A stretch of 61,074 nt of DNA, counting the filler, from Asterionella formosa (lineage: Eukaryota), in the NCBI GenBank assembly GCA_002256025.1. It is 8 parts of 8 records of this genome, joined end to end, with 100 filler letters (N's around TTAATTAATTAA, not from the genome) between each part and the next. Parts side by side here need not be neighbours in the genome. Positions count along the whole stretch, not along the records: positions 45,927 to 53,450 come from NKIB01012431.1; positions 53,551 to 61,074 come from NKIB01012432.1; 6 more parts are not named here. The stretch is one strand, 5' to 3'. Position numbers and translations under genes: made by a program. Position 1 is the stretch's first letter. The number at the start of each line of letters is the position of its first letter. Below are positions 51,121 through 61,074 of the stretch, piece after piece. Under the pieces are notes generated by a model. That model was given only the letters and a program-made list of their open reading frames with translations. It had not been told where the DNA came from and ran no database searches.

Positions 51121-52770
51121 TCAACATAGTGGACACTGGCTGCCATCTATAGACTTGTCATATTTTTTCCTTTTTTCATTGTAGGTAATAGCTTGTTGTG
51201 TGATTGTATTCTGAATCAGCTGTGCATACTCAGTAAGGAGATCATGCAAACCAACCACCGTGGGACTTGTATCTCGCAATTGTAGAATAACTGTTATCAT
51301 CGTTCTCAACTGCACATTTGTGTAAGGGTACTCAATTGGTCCACCCTCACGGTGCGAATGTCTTGCCTTGCTTTCTACACTGCCCAAATTCTTGCCCTTA
51401 ACATACATTTCCCAAATACAAGGCAACTGCTGAGGAGGCACCATATGATTCCCTATTTCACTATCAGCATTGGCAAAGAAAACGGACAACTGTGTAAGTG
51501 TCTCAATACCAGTTGTAGGAGAGGTAAGATGTTCAAAGGGTAGCAAGAACAAACTTTCTGAGTAGTTCTCGATCCAATATTGAGCATGATCAACCCATTT
51601 TCTGAGTTCTGCTTCAAAGAACTCGTCACGCCATTTAAGCCACACCTCAATTGGCGCACGGGTAGAGTGATTTCTAAGCTTGTTCATTTGCTCGTACACA
51701 AAATTATGATAAGATGGAATTGACGCCAAAGGACTTCTCAAAATGAGGATAGCTCGTTGGATGCGCTGAAGGCTAGGTTTAAAGAAAACTTCTTTAGGAG
51801 TGTGCGACGGAAAATGTGTCTTGACAGCGACAACAAGTCCAGATTCCACGCGACCGTTGTGATCATGATCATCTGATGTCCATAGCCCTGTAATCGCTCG
51901 AATGAGCTTCCAGCTCAGCTTTGCACCTGATCCAGGATAGCTTGCTATCCATGATGGAGTCACAAGTCGTTCCTCTGGTAAGTTAACACCACATTGTGGC
52001 GATGCACTATTTTGTATTTCGATTGTTGGCTGCGCGACCTGTATGTTTTGCACCTGCAAGCCGTTTTGGTGATTCTGTTGTTCAATACGTTGTGATTCTT
52101 GCTTCTGATTCGACAGGAAACTGTATCTCGGCTCCTCTATTTGTGATGGTTGGACATCGCTCCGGAATTCCTTCTGTTGAGGCGATATTGCTTCCGCACC
52201 TTGATGCTGGGTGAGGATCGGTTTATCAAAACCATTAGTTTCCCTTTTTAGGTAAGATGATGGTCCCTTGTATTCCTGTTGCAGTTTCGTCTGCTGGCCA
52301 AACCCTTCGTCTTGTTTTTGTTGGGATACAATCGTCCCCACTTCTTGCGGCATTGTATTGGTTTGTTCTCCAATCCGTTTCGTATGCTCTTGTTGACTTA
52401 TGGAACCAATAAAGCCTTGTCGTTGCATGTTTCGCTGTCGGTCAGCCTTTTCGTGGTGCTGTTGGCGCATACTCGCCTGATTGCGACTTGATGATCCTTG
52501 ACCTATTTGGTTGTATTCATGGCTGTCAATTTCATGTGTGTATATGTTGCTTGCTTCGAACGTGTTCGCTAATCCTCCGTTAAGATTCATCGGGTTGGAT
52601 TGGAATTCATTTTGAGTTTGACCAGACAAAGTAACATGCAGCGATCGACGAGGAATATATACTTCGCCATCACTGCAAGCTGAGAACAACATAAGACTTG
52701 CCGCCACAATCATGGTCATCCCAAATCCAGTGAGCGCAGTCAAAGTTGATTTCGGTTCCGATCTAGCCAT
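51121..52770 (-). CDS. Type II membrane sulfotransferase-domain protein (WSCD-like PAPS-binding fold)
   Basis: ATG at 52770 (MARSEPK); TM LTGFGMTMIVAASLMLF; Gln-rich stem; 5'PSB WIASYPGSGAKLSWKLI; VKTHFP; 3'PB LILRSPLASIPSYHNF; FEHL. Confidence 0.8.
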   Translation of the reverse strand: MARSEPKSTLTALTGFGMTMIVAASLMLFSACSDGEVYIPRRSLHVTLSGQTQNEFQSNPMNLNGGLANTFEASNIYTHEIDSHEYNQIGQGSSSRNQASMRQQHHEKADRQRNMQRQGFIGSISQQEHTKRIGEQTNTMPQEVGTIVSQQKQDEGFGQQTKLQQEYKGPSSYLKRETNGFDKPILTQHQGAEAISPQQKEFRSDVQPSQIEEPRYSFLSNQKQESQRIEQQNHQNGLQVQNIQVAQPTIEIQNSASPQCGVNLPEERLVTPSWIASYPGSGAKLSWKLIRAITGLWTSDDHDHNGRVESGLVVAVKTHFPSHTPKEVFFKPSLQRIQRAILILRSPLASIPSYHNFVYEQMNKLRNHSTRAPIEVWLKWRDEFFEAELRKWVDHAQYWIENYSESLFLLPFEHLTSPTTGIETLTQLSVFFANADSEIGNHMVPPQQLPCIWEMYVKGKNLGSVESKARHSHREGGPIEYPYTNVQLRTMITVILQLRDTSPTVVGLHDLLTEYAQLIQNTITQQAITYNEKRKKYDKSIDGSQCPLC

Positions 52771-52872
52771 GTTTGGGATGACTTTCTGCAGGGAAATAAT
52801 CAAAGAAATTGAATAGACCTGATAGCAGGGACGAGAATATTTTGACAAATCCTGCTGAAGGGCATGTACTGA

Positions 52873-53264
52873 CCGAGAAGGGCATTGTTGAGGCAATTCC
52901 CACCCTAGCTATCGTCTTGCTTTTCGATGAGAACTGTGGGTGTCTAAGTAATTTTTTTATTTAGGGGCAATATGGGGCACATTGGATTTTTGGGCATGAA
53001 AATGACATTCATTAATGCTTCATTTCTGGGCAGTAGGTAAGCGAATGGGGCGACGAAAGCTAGCTTGTGAATTGCCTCAACAATACCCTACTCGGTGGTT
53101 ACATGCCTGCTCGTCTTCGGGTCTACTCGGCTGGGATAAAACTCGTAGGGTGACGTTCTCGCAGCGCCCTACTCGCGCCACCCAGCCTCGAACACATGTA
53201 TACGAGAAGGCAAGTAGCTGCCGAGAAGGGTCTTGCTGAGGCAATTCCCGTTCCAGCTATCGTC
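52873..53264. repeat. Family B cluster: MITE-like inverted pair (52873-52915 / 53052-53095) plus third direct copy (53221-53264)
   Basis: ccgagaagggcattgttgaggcaattcccaccctagctatcgtc versus reverse complement ccgagtagggtattgttgaggcaattcacaagctagctttcgtc; 53141-53264 matches 60177-60269. Confidence 0.85.
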
Positions 53265-54779
53265 CAAACAAGCAACCCTGTTCATTCCATTCTGAGCAAG
53301 CGTGATCGCCACGCTGCTCCAGAACTATTGACTCTCTCTAGCTGAGTATTCGTCATGTAGCTTCTGATACGAACTCGTGGTAGAATTGTAGCAAAGCGCG
53401 TTAGTACAAGAAATGCATTGCTTGGCGGCAATATTGACATCATTGTCAACNNNNNNNNNNNNNNNNNNNNNNNNNNNNNNNNNNNNNNNNNNNNTTAATT
53501 AATTAANNNNNNNNNNNNNNNNNNNNNNNNNNNNNNNNNNNNNNNNNNNNCAATGGACAACTAACTCCTGGTGATGTGGTCATTCAATTGCTCACAAACG
53601 GACCTCCAGAGAATTTTATTGTCGATGCCTTCAATTGGGCTCGGTCCTTTGGTGTCGGAGGTCCGCTGGCATAGTACAACTTTTTTTGTTTCATTGCTCT
53701 AGTGACATGGTACAACCCGTGAAGCACATCTGACATGTCATCAATCTTATTGTGCTGTTCTTGGAGAAATCTATTGACGACAATTTATCAATGTTTCAGA
53801 TATCGCTGGCGAACATGATATCGATCCCCGATTTTCTTGTCTTTTACGTTCGTTGCTTTGATTTTAGTCTTGTGGATGTTGGGTGTTGCTCATCATAAGT
53901 CGCAGAACCAGAAGCACAGGACAGGAAAAGAAGGGGGTGATTTTTAAAATTTTCGAAAGGTTTTGACTGCACTTTTTTATGTGCATCGGTGAAGGATCAT
54001 ACACATATATTTCACAAACAAAGTTCTTCTGTACCATGGTGTAAGCTAATTTTGAAAATTTCAACTTCCTTACAATTATGTTGCATAAAATCGTGTTGTA
54101 ATGATACCGGTACTCTTGGGTAGTCTACCTGGAAATTTAGCATTTTTGTTGACTCGTAAGAACATCAAAACGAACTCTAGGACTAACTACGTATGCAGTG
54201 TATATTAATTAATACACTTTGCCGGTAGAGTTACGTCTGAAGTGGGGGACGCTTTCAAAGAACTTAAGATTATAAAAGTACATGTTGATGTGATATTTCA
54301 TATCGTGAGAGGCATTCATGGTTGCGAGCAATTGGCGCATACAATGATAGAGTGTTACATACAGCACCAACAAAAATTGCTTGACGTAATGAAATTGGTT
54401 TTCATTTATTTGTCTTTGAAAAAACTCTAAATCGAAAAAATTGATTGCATGAATTTTCTGAACACAATAAATAAGGAATCGCCATGGTTTATGGCAATTC
54501 GCAATGACTCAAGATGGTTTAGAGCTGCAACTGTGAAAATACCGATAATAAAACACATCCCTTTTTTCTGGTCCTAGTACCAGTTATTTAGTTGCTGTTT
54601 TTTTCTAAATAGGTCTCCTTTTTCACTATCGCTTACTTTCCTACCCTTTACACTTATCATGCGAGCAAGAAAACATATTAATTCTTCCGTAAGTGGGATG
54701 TATTTCATTTTTAAAATCATGAGTCTGCATTCCATCAATTTATGGCTATGGATCCGACAAAGAAAATGCTACAACAATA

Positions 54780-55850
54780 TTAACCATTGTCGCCTGGATT
54801 AACACTTCGCAGTACATGATGTAAGAACTCTTCGCCGCCATCTAAAGACCACATTTGCTGAGATGTTTTCATCTCTTCACAAAATATTTTATTTGTTTGA
54901 ACGAGATCATCTGGCGGCATGAGTTCGTCCAGAGGCAATATAGTCATACGAGACAACATGGTGTATCGGTCACCGATGGAATGATCCTCCTGGAGTAGAT
55001 CTCCATTTCGGCCGAAATACACACTTGCACCAACCTCCAAGAATTGTAATTGATCTAATGTAGGAAGGTCCTTTGGTGGCTTGAGTCCATATAGACGCTG
55101 TCCGACAAGAACTTGTCGTTGGCCCTGATGCAGCTCTGACAACTTCAATAAACTAACACCCGGTCGATAACAAAAGCGACTCCATTCGGGCCATCCTCTG
55201 GGTGGGATAAAATTGTTGTATTGCAATTTGTCTCCCACATGGCAAGAATCCTCATGAGCTTCCAAATCACAAACAAAACCAGAAGATTGAGATTCGCGTT
55301 GAAACTGAAACGTTCCATCGCACCAATAGGTATGTAATCCATCATTATCAAATGGAGTTTGAAACTTGCCATCCATCCATGCCGGCTGGCGACGTATTGC
55401 CATTTTATTTCCAAGATCCCTCAAGCAAAAGGTGCCCGCGTAGGTGGTATTTCGACAAAAGGTAATATCTAGGTAGGTTAACGATGGACAAGCGTGGGAC
55501 AGAGCCTCGAGGCCCGTATCTGAAACTCCGATGGACCCAACCAGACGCAAGTCGATGAGCTTCGGCAGCAAAGTTTCGTGTTGTTCCAGGAGGGAAAGGA
55601 ATTCATCGGTGCAGTATTGCTGCAGATCTAGTCGCTGAAGGTGAACCAGCGGCCTCAAGAATTCCAAGTCAGAGAGAAATCGGTAGTCCCGTTTGTCGTG
55701 AACTGCCAGAGAAAGAATATTTCGTTGCAGCTCGTGTCGCTGATTCCACAACTGATCACAAGTGGCTAGCACTATACGACGCTCACAGATAGTCAAGTAC
55801 TCTTGAATTTCATGAAGAAGAGAATCTGGAAGGTCTTGGAGGGTGTTCAT
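54780..55850 (-). CDS. F-box/leucine-rich-repeat protein with uncharacterised C-terminal domain
   Basis: N-term LQDLPDSLLHEIQEYL...R..LATCDQLW (F-box-like); LRRs LQRLDL, LIDLRL..S.GVSDTGLEALSHACPSLTYLDITFC; intact 356 aa from ATG 55850. Confidence 0.8.
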   Translation of the reverse strand: MNTLQDLPDSLLHEIQEYLTICERRIVLATCDQLWNQRHELQRNILSLAVHDKRDYRFLSDLEFLRPLVHLQRLDLQQYCTDEFLSLLEQHETLLPKLIDLRLVGSIGVSDTGLEALSHACPSLTYLDITFCRNTTYAGTFCLRDLGNKMAIRRQPAWMDGKFQTPFDNDGLHTYWCDGTFQFQRESQSSGFVCDLEAHEDSCHVGDKLQYNNFIPPRGWPEWSRFCYRPGVSLLKLSELHQGQRQVLVGQRLYGLKPPKDLPTLDQLQFLEVGASVYFGRNGDLLQEDHSIGDRYTMLSRMTILPLDELMPPDDLVQTNKIFCEEMKTSQQMWSLDGGEEFLHHVLRSVNPGDNG

Positions 55851-57163
55851 TGAGTCGAGCAAGTTCGATGAAGTGCTTTACCCGAAATGAACCATCACAT
55901 TATTTTCTTAAGTAGATATAGATATTATATGATATTTACATATTTCCAATACAATTACCGGTAAGAGTGAATCACACGTATAATTGATAAAAGCACCGGT
56001 ATATGTATAAAAGCTGCACCACATTCATGGACAGCTTAGTATCACGATTTAATGTACCGGTATTTGAGTGTATCATTTACGGAGAGTCCGTAAACGTCGA
56101 TATTTTTATATCGTCTAAATAAACATATGCAATAATAGCTAATTGGAACTTCATCGATGCAGTGTCCGGTATACCCGGTACCTGATAAGAGGCACGTACC
56201 ATAACAGCTACCGGTGGTACATAGGATTTTACCATGGTAGACTACCTGGTACTTGGTACCTGGTACCTGGTACGGAGAATCTACCATGCTGGGAATCTAA
56301 CACTGATGAGCCTAACATCAATGTACCGCTGTATATATGTAATAAATATTCCGGAGTAGTCTACAACAAAATACAATCATAGGGAAGATGGAGAACACTA
56401 CCGATATTCCTACAAAATGATAAAAACGCGGCCCCAAAACGGCTGAATGATGAGTGTGCTGTAATCGTTGAGTCCACTGTAACTGCGTTGAAAACAAAGG
56501 TCGTCTCTGGTCCGTAAAGAGCGATTTACCAACCAGGCCGCATTTGGTACCAAAGGACTCCTTGTTGACAAGATGGATAGATAACTGAGAAGGGACAGGT
56601 CGTGCACCTCACAGATCTGTCTCTCCTTCCTGTCTGCTGACAAATTTTTACGCCAACAGGATGATTGGGAAAAGTTAAAAGTATTCCTTTGCTGTCGATT
56701 CTTTTCTTTTCTGCCATTGTAACATCTATACACCGAAGAAAGAAAGCAGTTCAGCCCTGAAAATATTCTCTGTGTACAACTATGTACAACTGCAATACCG
56801 GAACATTGTTTTGAGACTCCCATGAATTTTGTCTACTCATACCGGAATCGTCAATCACGCGTGAACTATATATCAATTGATTCCTTTCAATTTTCTGTTT
56901 ATATATTTCAAAATAATATACTGGTAGCTTATCACGTTCTGGTAGCTTTTCATTTATTAGCTACTAATGAAATCAATAGCCGTACATTCGTGTGATGCCA
57001 ATCAATTGATATCAACTCCACATCCATCTATACACCGGTAGTAATTTTCTTACAACATTCACAAAATGCTCACTTTTCCAGTCTATTGAACCTACTCTAG
57101 CTCTGTCTCATTTTTCGCTAATACTTGATCATTTGCATAGCTTTACATGAAAAATCGCTTTAC

Positions 57164-59215
57164 ATGAAAAATCATAACTTCGAAATCAAGGTGGCCCTCT
57201 TGGGCCACGTTAGCGTCGGAAAATCTACCGTGCTTAATGCCCTCCTGAGAGATAAGTTTTCAGAAGTCTCCATGCGACGCACTACGGCTGGTATCAATTA
57301 CTTTCGTATTTCTGTTCCCAACAACAAAACACCAATGCTAAGCATTGATAACACAACAAATGAAAATGATGTCAACACAAGTGCTGGTGTGAATGACTTT
57401 CATGAAATTGAGTATTCCGACGCAGATGACCCCAGATCGGCAGTGTCCACCTACGCGGAAATCAAACAAGACAACGTTACCCTTCGAGATCATGATGAAG
57501 TTAGGACCAAGACATTTGATATTGAGCTTGACGAACATTTGTTTGAGATGCGAACGGACACTAAATTAGTCTTCGTAGACATTCCAGGCATCAATGAGGC
57601 TGGCAGCAGCAAGAAGTATCTTGATTACATCAACGACAATTGGGAAACATTTGACTGTGTAGTCTTGATTATGGACACTTTGCAAGGTGTTCACTCGGAA
57701 GAGCAAGTTACCTTGCTTCAGCTTGTGGCAATAAATATCAAGGAGAAACGTGATTTGCCAGTTATCATTCTCGGTAACAAGGTGGATGATCCCGAAGATG
57801 AGGAAATTCGACACCTTGTCCAAGAGGTTCGTTCACAGGTTGAAACAACGTTCGATGTCGACTGCCGTATCGGCGCACTCAATGAACTGCTCAATATGAA
57901 AGGCACTTCTCCCGACTTGAAATCTTTCCCTGCATTTCTTACGATTTCGGCGGGGGATGCCTTTGTCTACCGTTGTGCTAGCCACCTCAATCTTGACGAT
58001 TTCCAGAAGCTCGACAAGGAATTGATCAAGAAGATTGGCCAACACGAAGTTGGTCCAAGAATGTGGAAACGGCTTTCACAACAAGACAAGTACACAACTG
58101 CGTTTGCTGCTGTCAGTAAATAATCAGAATATGACGAGCGCCTTGAAGCCACGAACTTTGATAAGTTCTTGAGGGTGCTGGCTGTCGCTGTTGGTGGACA
58201 TGTCACCCAAACGAGAATTCTTGTGAGCCAGGGTGAGGTTACGAAGAAGAACCTTGATTGGAATGAAGATATTATACTACAGCTCACGTGCATCTTGGAT
58301 CGCAGCAAGGCCGTTGGTCAACCCACATCAATGTTGGCTGACACATTCTTTGAAATGTACAATAAGCAGAAGGACAAAGCATGTTTGACCCTTGAGGGAA
58401 AAATGGACACTAGCGGCATGATCAGTGCTATGGACCAACTCATTCGATTCATCGAAGTGCTCAACAAGGAGATTCACCGCGAACTGGGTGGATCTTACAG
58501 CCCCAAATGGAAAGAAAATGAGGCGCGTGCAATCACAATGATGAAGCAGATGATTACACACCAGTACCATGTGATTATTTTGAAATTCCGCTCATGGGAT
58601 AGTCAGAACTGGGCTTTAATGATGACCAGATAGACTGAAGGCGAGTGGGATTGGAACGGTCGAGGTTGGCGTTCTCGTATGAATGGAGGTGAATTGGTGA
58701 ATGTTGGCAAGCCAAATAACCCTCCAGACATGGACTCAGCGATTTACTGGGCAAAATTTGGAGACGTTTCGGTGCACCGTTTTACGAGGGAGAAAGTGCA
58801 TGCGGAGCGCAACCCTGGCCTCCAAAAACCAGAATGGGAAACGTTGTCACCGCATGATTGGAGCACCATAATTGGTTCCATCCTCTTGCTTTCTTATGAC
58901 AAGCGTTTTGTCGAAAACTTTGGCCAGAAAAAGATCAAATTCGATCGCCTCTAAGATGAATTGAGTCCATGGTTCTTCAAATCGGTGTCATCGCTTGCTG
59001 ACAACCCGTTTGATAAAAAGCATCTTCAGCATGCTAGTCTCCACAGTGCTCTTGCGGGAGCCTTTGTTCACAACAAATTTATTCCTAATGAGGCAACCAA
59101 ACACAGTGTTACAGTCCAGGTGGAAGTTCCCGAGAGTCTTTATGACCCCAACCACTGGGGACACTTAACTTGGAAGTTCTGTGAAATTTTGCATCGCCAT
59201 GCCGCTCAGAATTAG
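57164..59215 (+). pseudogene. Dynamin-like/TRAFAC P-loop GTPase ORF with three in-frame stops
   Basis: G1 GHVSVGKS, G2 RRTT, G3 DIPG, G4 NKVD. Four ORF pieces share one frame, separated only by TAA 58121, TAG 58631 and TAA 58952. Confidence 0.82.
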
Positions 59216-59281
59216 TGTTATTTCCATTTTCGCTTTGCCATTTATACATATAGATTCATAAATTTCATTTAATCTTCCAGT

Positions 59282-59857
59282 GCAGTATGTAGCAACTCTT
59301 CGCCAGAATCCAAAAGGAAAATTCTCGTTCCAAACTTTTTATTTCTTAACAAAATATTTTATTTGTTTGAAAGAGATCATCTGGCGGCATGAGTTCGTCC
59401 AGAGGCAATATAGTCATACGAGACAACATGGTGTATCGGTCACCGATGGAATGATCCTCCTGGAGTAGATTTCCATTTCGGCCGAAATACACGCTTGCAC
59501 CAACCTCCAAGAATTGTAATTGATCTAATGTAGGAAGGTCCTTTGGTGGCTTGAGTCCATACAGACGCTGTCCGACAAGAACTTGTCGTTGGCCATGATG
59601 CAGCTCTGACAACTTCAATAAACTAACACCCGGTCGATAACAAAAGCGACTCCATTCGGGCCATCCTCTGGGTGGGATAAAATTGTTGTATTGCAATTTG
59701 TCTCCCACATGACAAGAATCTTCATGAGCTTCCAAATCACACACAAAACCAGAAGACTGAGATTCGCGTTGAAACTGAAACGTTCCATCGCACCAATATC
59801 TATGTAATCCGTCATTGTCAAATGGAGTTTGAAATATGCCGGCTGGCGACGTATTGC
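59282..59857 (-). pseudogene. Partial duplicate of the 3' half of the F-box/LRR gene
   Basis: 59349-59834 is nearly identical to 54879-55364; small deletion near 59835; joined at 59857 to family B-associated sequence; lacks F-box and LRRs. Confidence 0.9.
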
Positions 59858-60104
59858 TGAAGGCATCACACGCCCGAGGTGATCGAGTTAAAATCGGGAG
59901 GAATAGTTGTGTTTTTAGTGCCCCGGCATGATCTTGTTTGAGTTTGTACATTATATGAAGTGCTCCACGTGCGAGCTGTTCTTCCAGTATTAATCATTCC
60001 CAGGTTTCGTCACAGAAATTGCCCACAATGCTGCACAAAAAGCATGCAATTTAACTACTGTCGGCCACAATATACCGGTAGTAGTGTTGGAAAAATGCGA
60101 GCTG

Positions 60105-60415
60105 ACTGCTGAAGGCAATACACGCCCGAGGTGGTCTATTGCCTGCGAGTATACATGTGTACTCGACTGGGATGGCACTCGTAGGGTGACCTTCTCGCAG
60201 CGCCGCACGAGAAGGCAAGTAGCCGCCGAGAAGGGTATCGTTGAGGCAATTCCCGCTCTAGCTATCGTCGCGTCATTCGCTTACCTACTGCCCACAAATT
60301 TAGCATAAATGTCAATTTTAGCCTACTATTGCCCATCATATAAAATTTATTTTGAATATTTCCTATCTTCACCTCGAAAATTGCCAAAGGTCCGATATTG
60401 CCCATCATTAAAATA
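60105..60415 (+). repeat. Dispersed repeat family B copy
   Basis: Shares blocks with 53094-53264 (direct), 53024-53095 (inverted) and 22704-22834 (direct). Confidence 0.85.
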
Positions 60416-61074
60416 TATTTTGTATATTTCATATGTTCGCATTTTGGCAAGACAACAGACACCAATTGCCCCTCGGTTTTCCAGCCCTGGGATTGCCGAA
60501 ATCGGCAAGGGGTCTACTTAAGGAAACCATTTTATATACTATACAGATTTTGATAATTTATATCTAGAATTCACCTCGTTTTTGTTCGTCTCCTGAAAAG
60601 TGGACTCCGGCAATTCACCTTTCACCATGCCAATCGTCGTCCATCATGACCGGTTTGAAGCGAAATCAGTTCCGCGATGACGCCAGTAGCGATTCTTTGC
60701 CTAACGGATGCGGTTGATTGTTGGATTGCTTGTCTTCTCGAGGTATTCATGTAGTCGCATCGTCCATATTTCGTCGGACGCACGATGATATCGATACATC
60801 TGATGTTGGTGGCAAGTTTTTGCTCCGGTCATGTACATATGTAATGATGCTTAACGGATATTCTACCGGTACCGGCAGTCATCTAGTCTACATACGTACG
60901 TGGTACTAAAAACAACCATGCATGCTTTAACGCTTACTTTGAACACGTAATAATATTATCTCTGTAGACTCGGTATTATTTTTACGAGACCTGAAATGTT
61001 GAATTATATTTTTCACATATTCATTGATTTTACGTACCGTATGCCCGATTTCGTCCTCACAAATATAGTTCTCA

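Noticed and set aside
52771..52896. N-terminal extension of the sulfotransferase ORF from a non-ATG start
   Set aside because: The extension runs into repeat family B; ATG 52770 just before the TM segment is the plausible start.
57164..59215. Alternative genetic code (TAA/TAG read as sense)
   Set aside because: The F-box gene on the same contig ends in TAA, and PEX11 (TAA) and the cyclin (TAG) use these as normal stops; other genes have no internal TAR.

Overview
Eukaryotic, AT-rich nuclear DNA, most likely from a diatom or related stramenopile. The basis is short GT-AG introns, a diatom-type bZIP, SF3B2/PEX11/MetAP2/SPPL genes and stramenopile-type transposon relics. The window is not one locus. 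It is eight unplaced contigs/scaffolds of 7574, 7566, 7555, 7549, 7544, 7538, 7524 and 7524 bp, sorted by length and joined by 100-nt N spacers containing TTAATTAATTAA, so adjacency across spacers is artificial. Intact genes: SF3B2, a PHO80/P-type cyclin, PEX11, a YEATS-like + amidoligase-2 fusion, an SPPL protease, MetAP2, a bZIP (truncated by the contig end), a Golgi-type sulfotransferase and an F-box/LRR protein. There is also a dynamin-like GTPase ORF with three in-frame stops and a partial duplicate of the F-box gene. The rest is decayed TEs (Crypton, Mutator-like, pogo-like, Gypsy, PIF/Harbinger, LINE) and several unnamed dispersed and tandem repeats. Most interesting: (1) the YEATS-amidoligase fusion; (2) a highly iterated palindrome TACC(W)GGTA; (3) a tRNA-derived SINE with a clean 16-bp TSD inserted into that palindrome; (4) a repeat family sitting about 100 bp upstream of two unrelated genes and fused to a copied gene fragment. 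All family assignments come from motif recognition by eye; no database searches were run.
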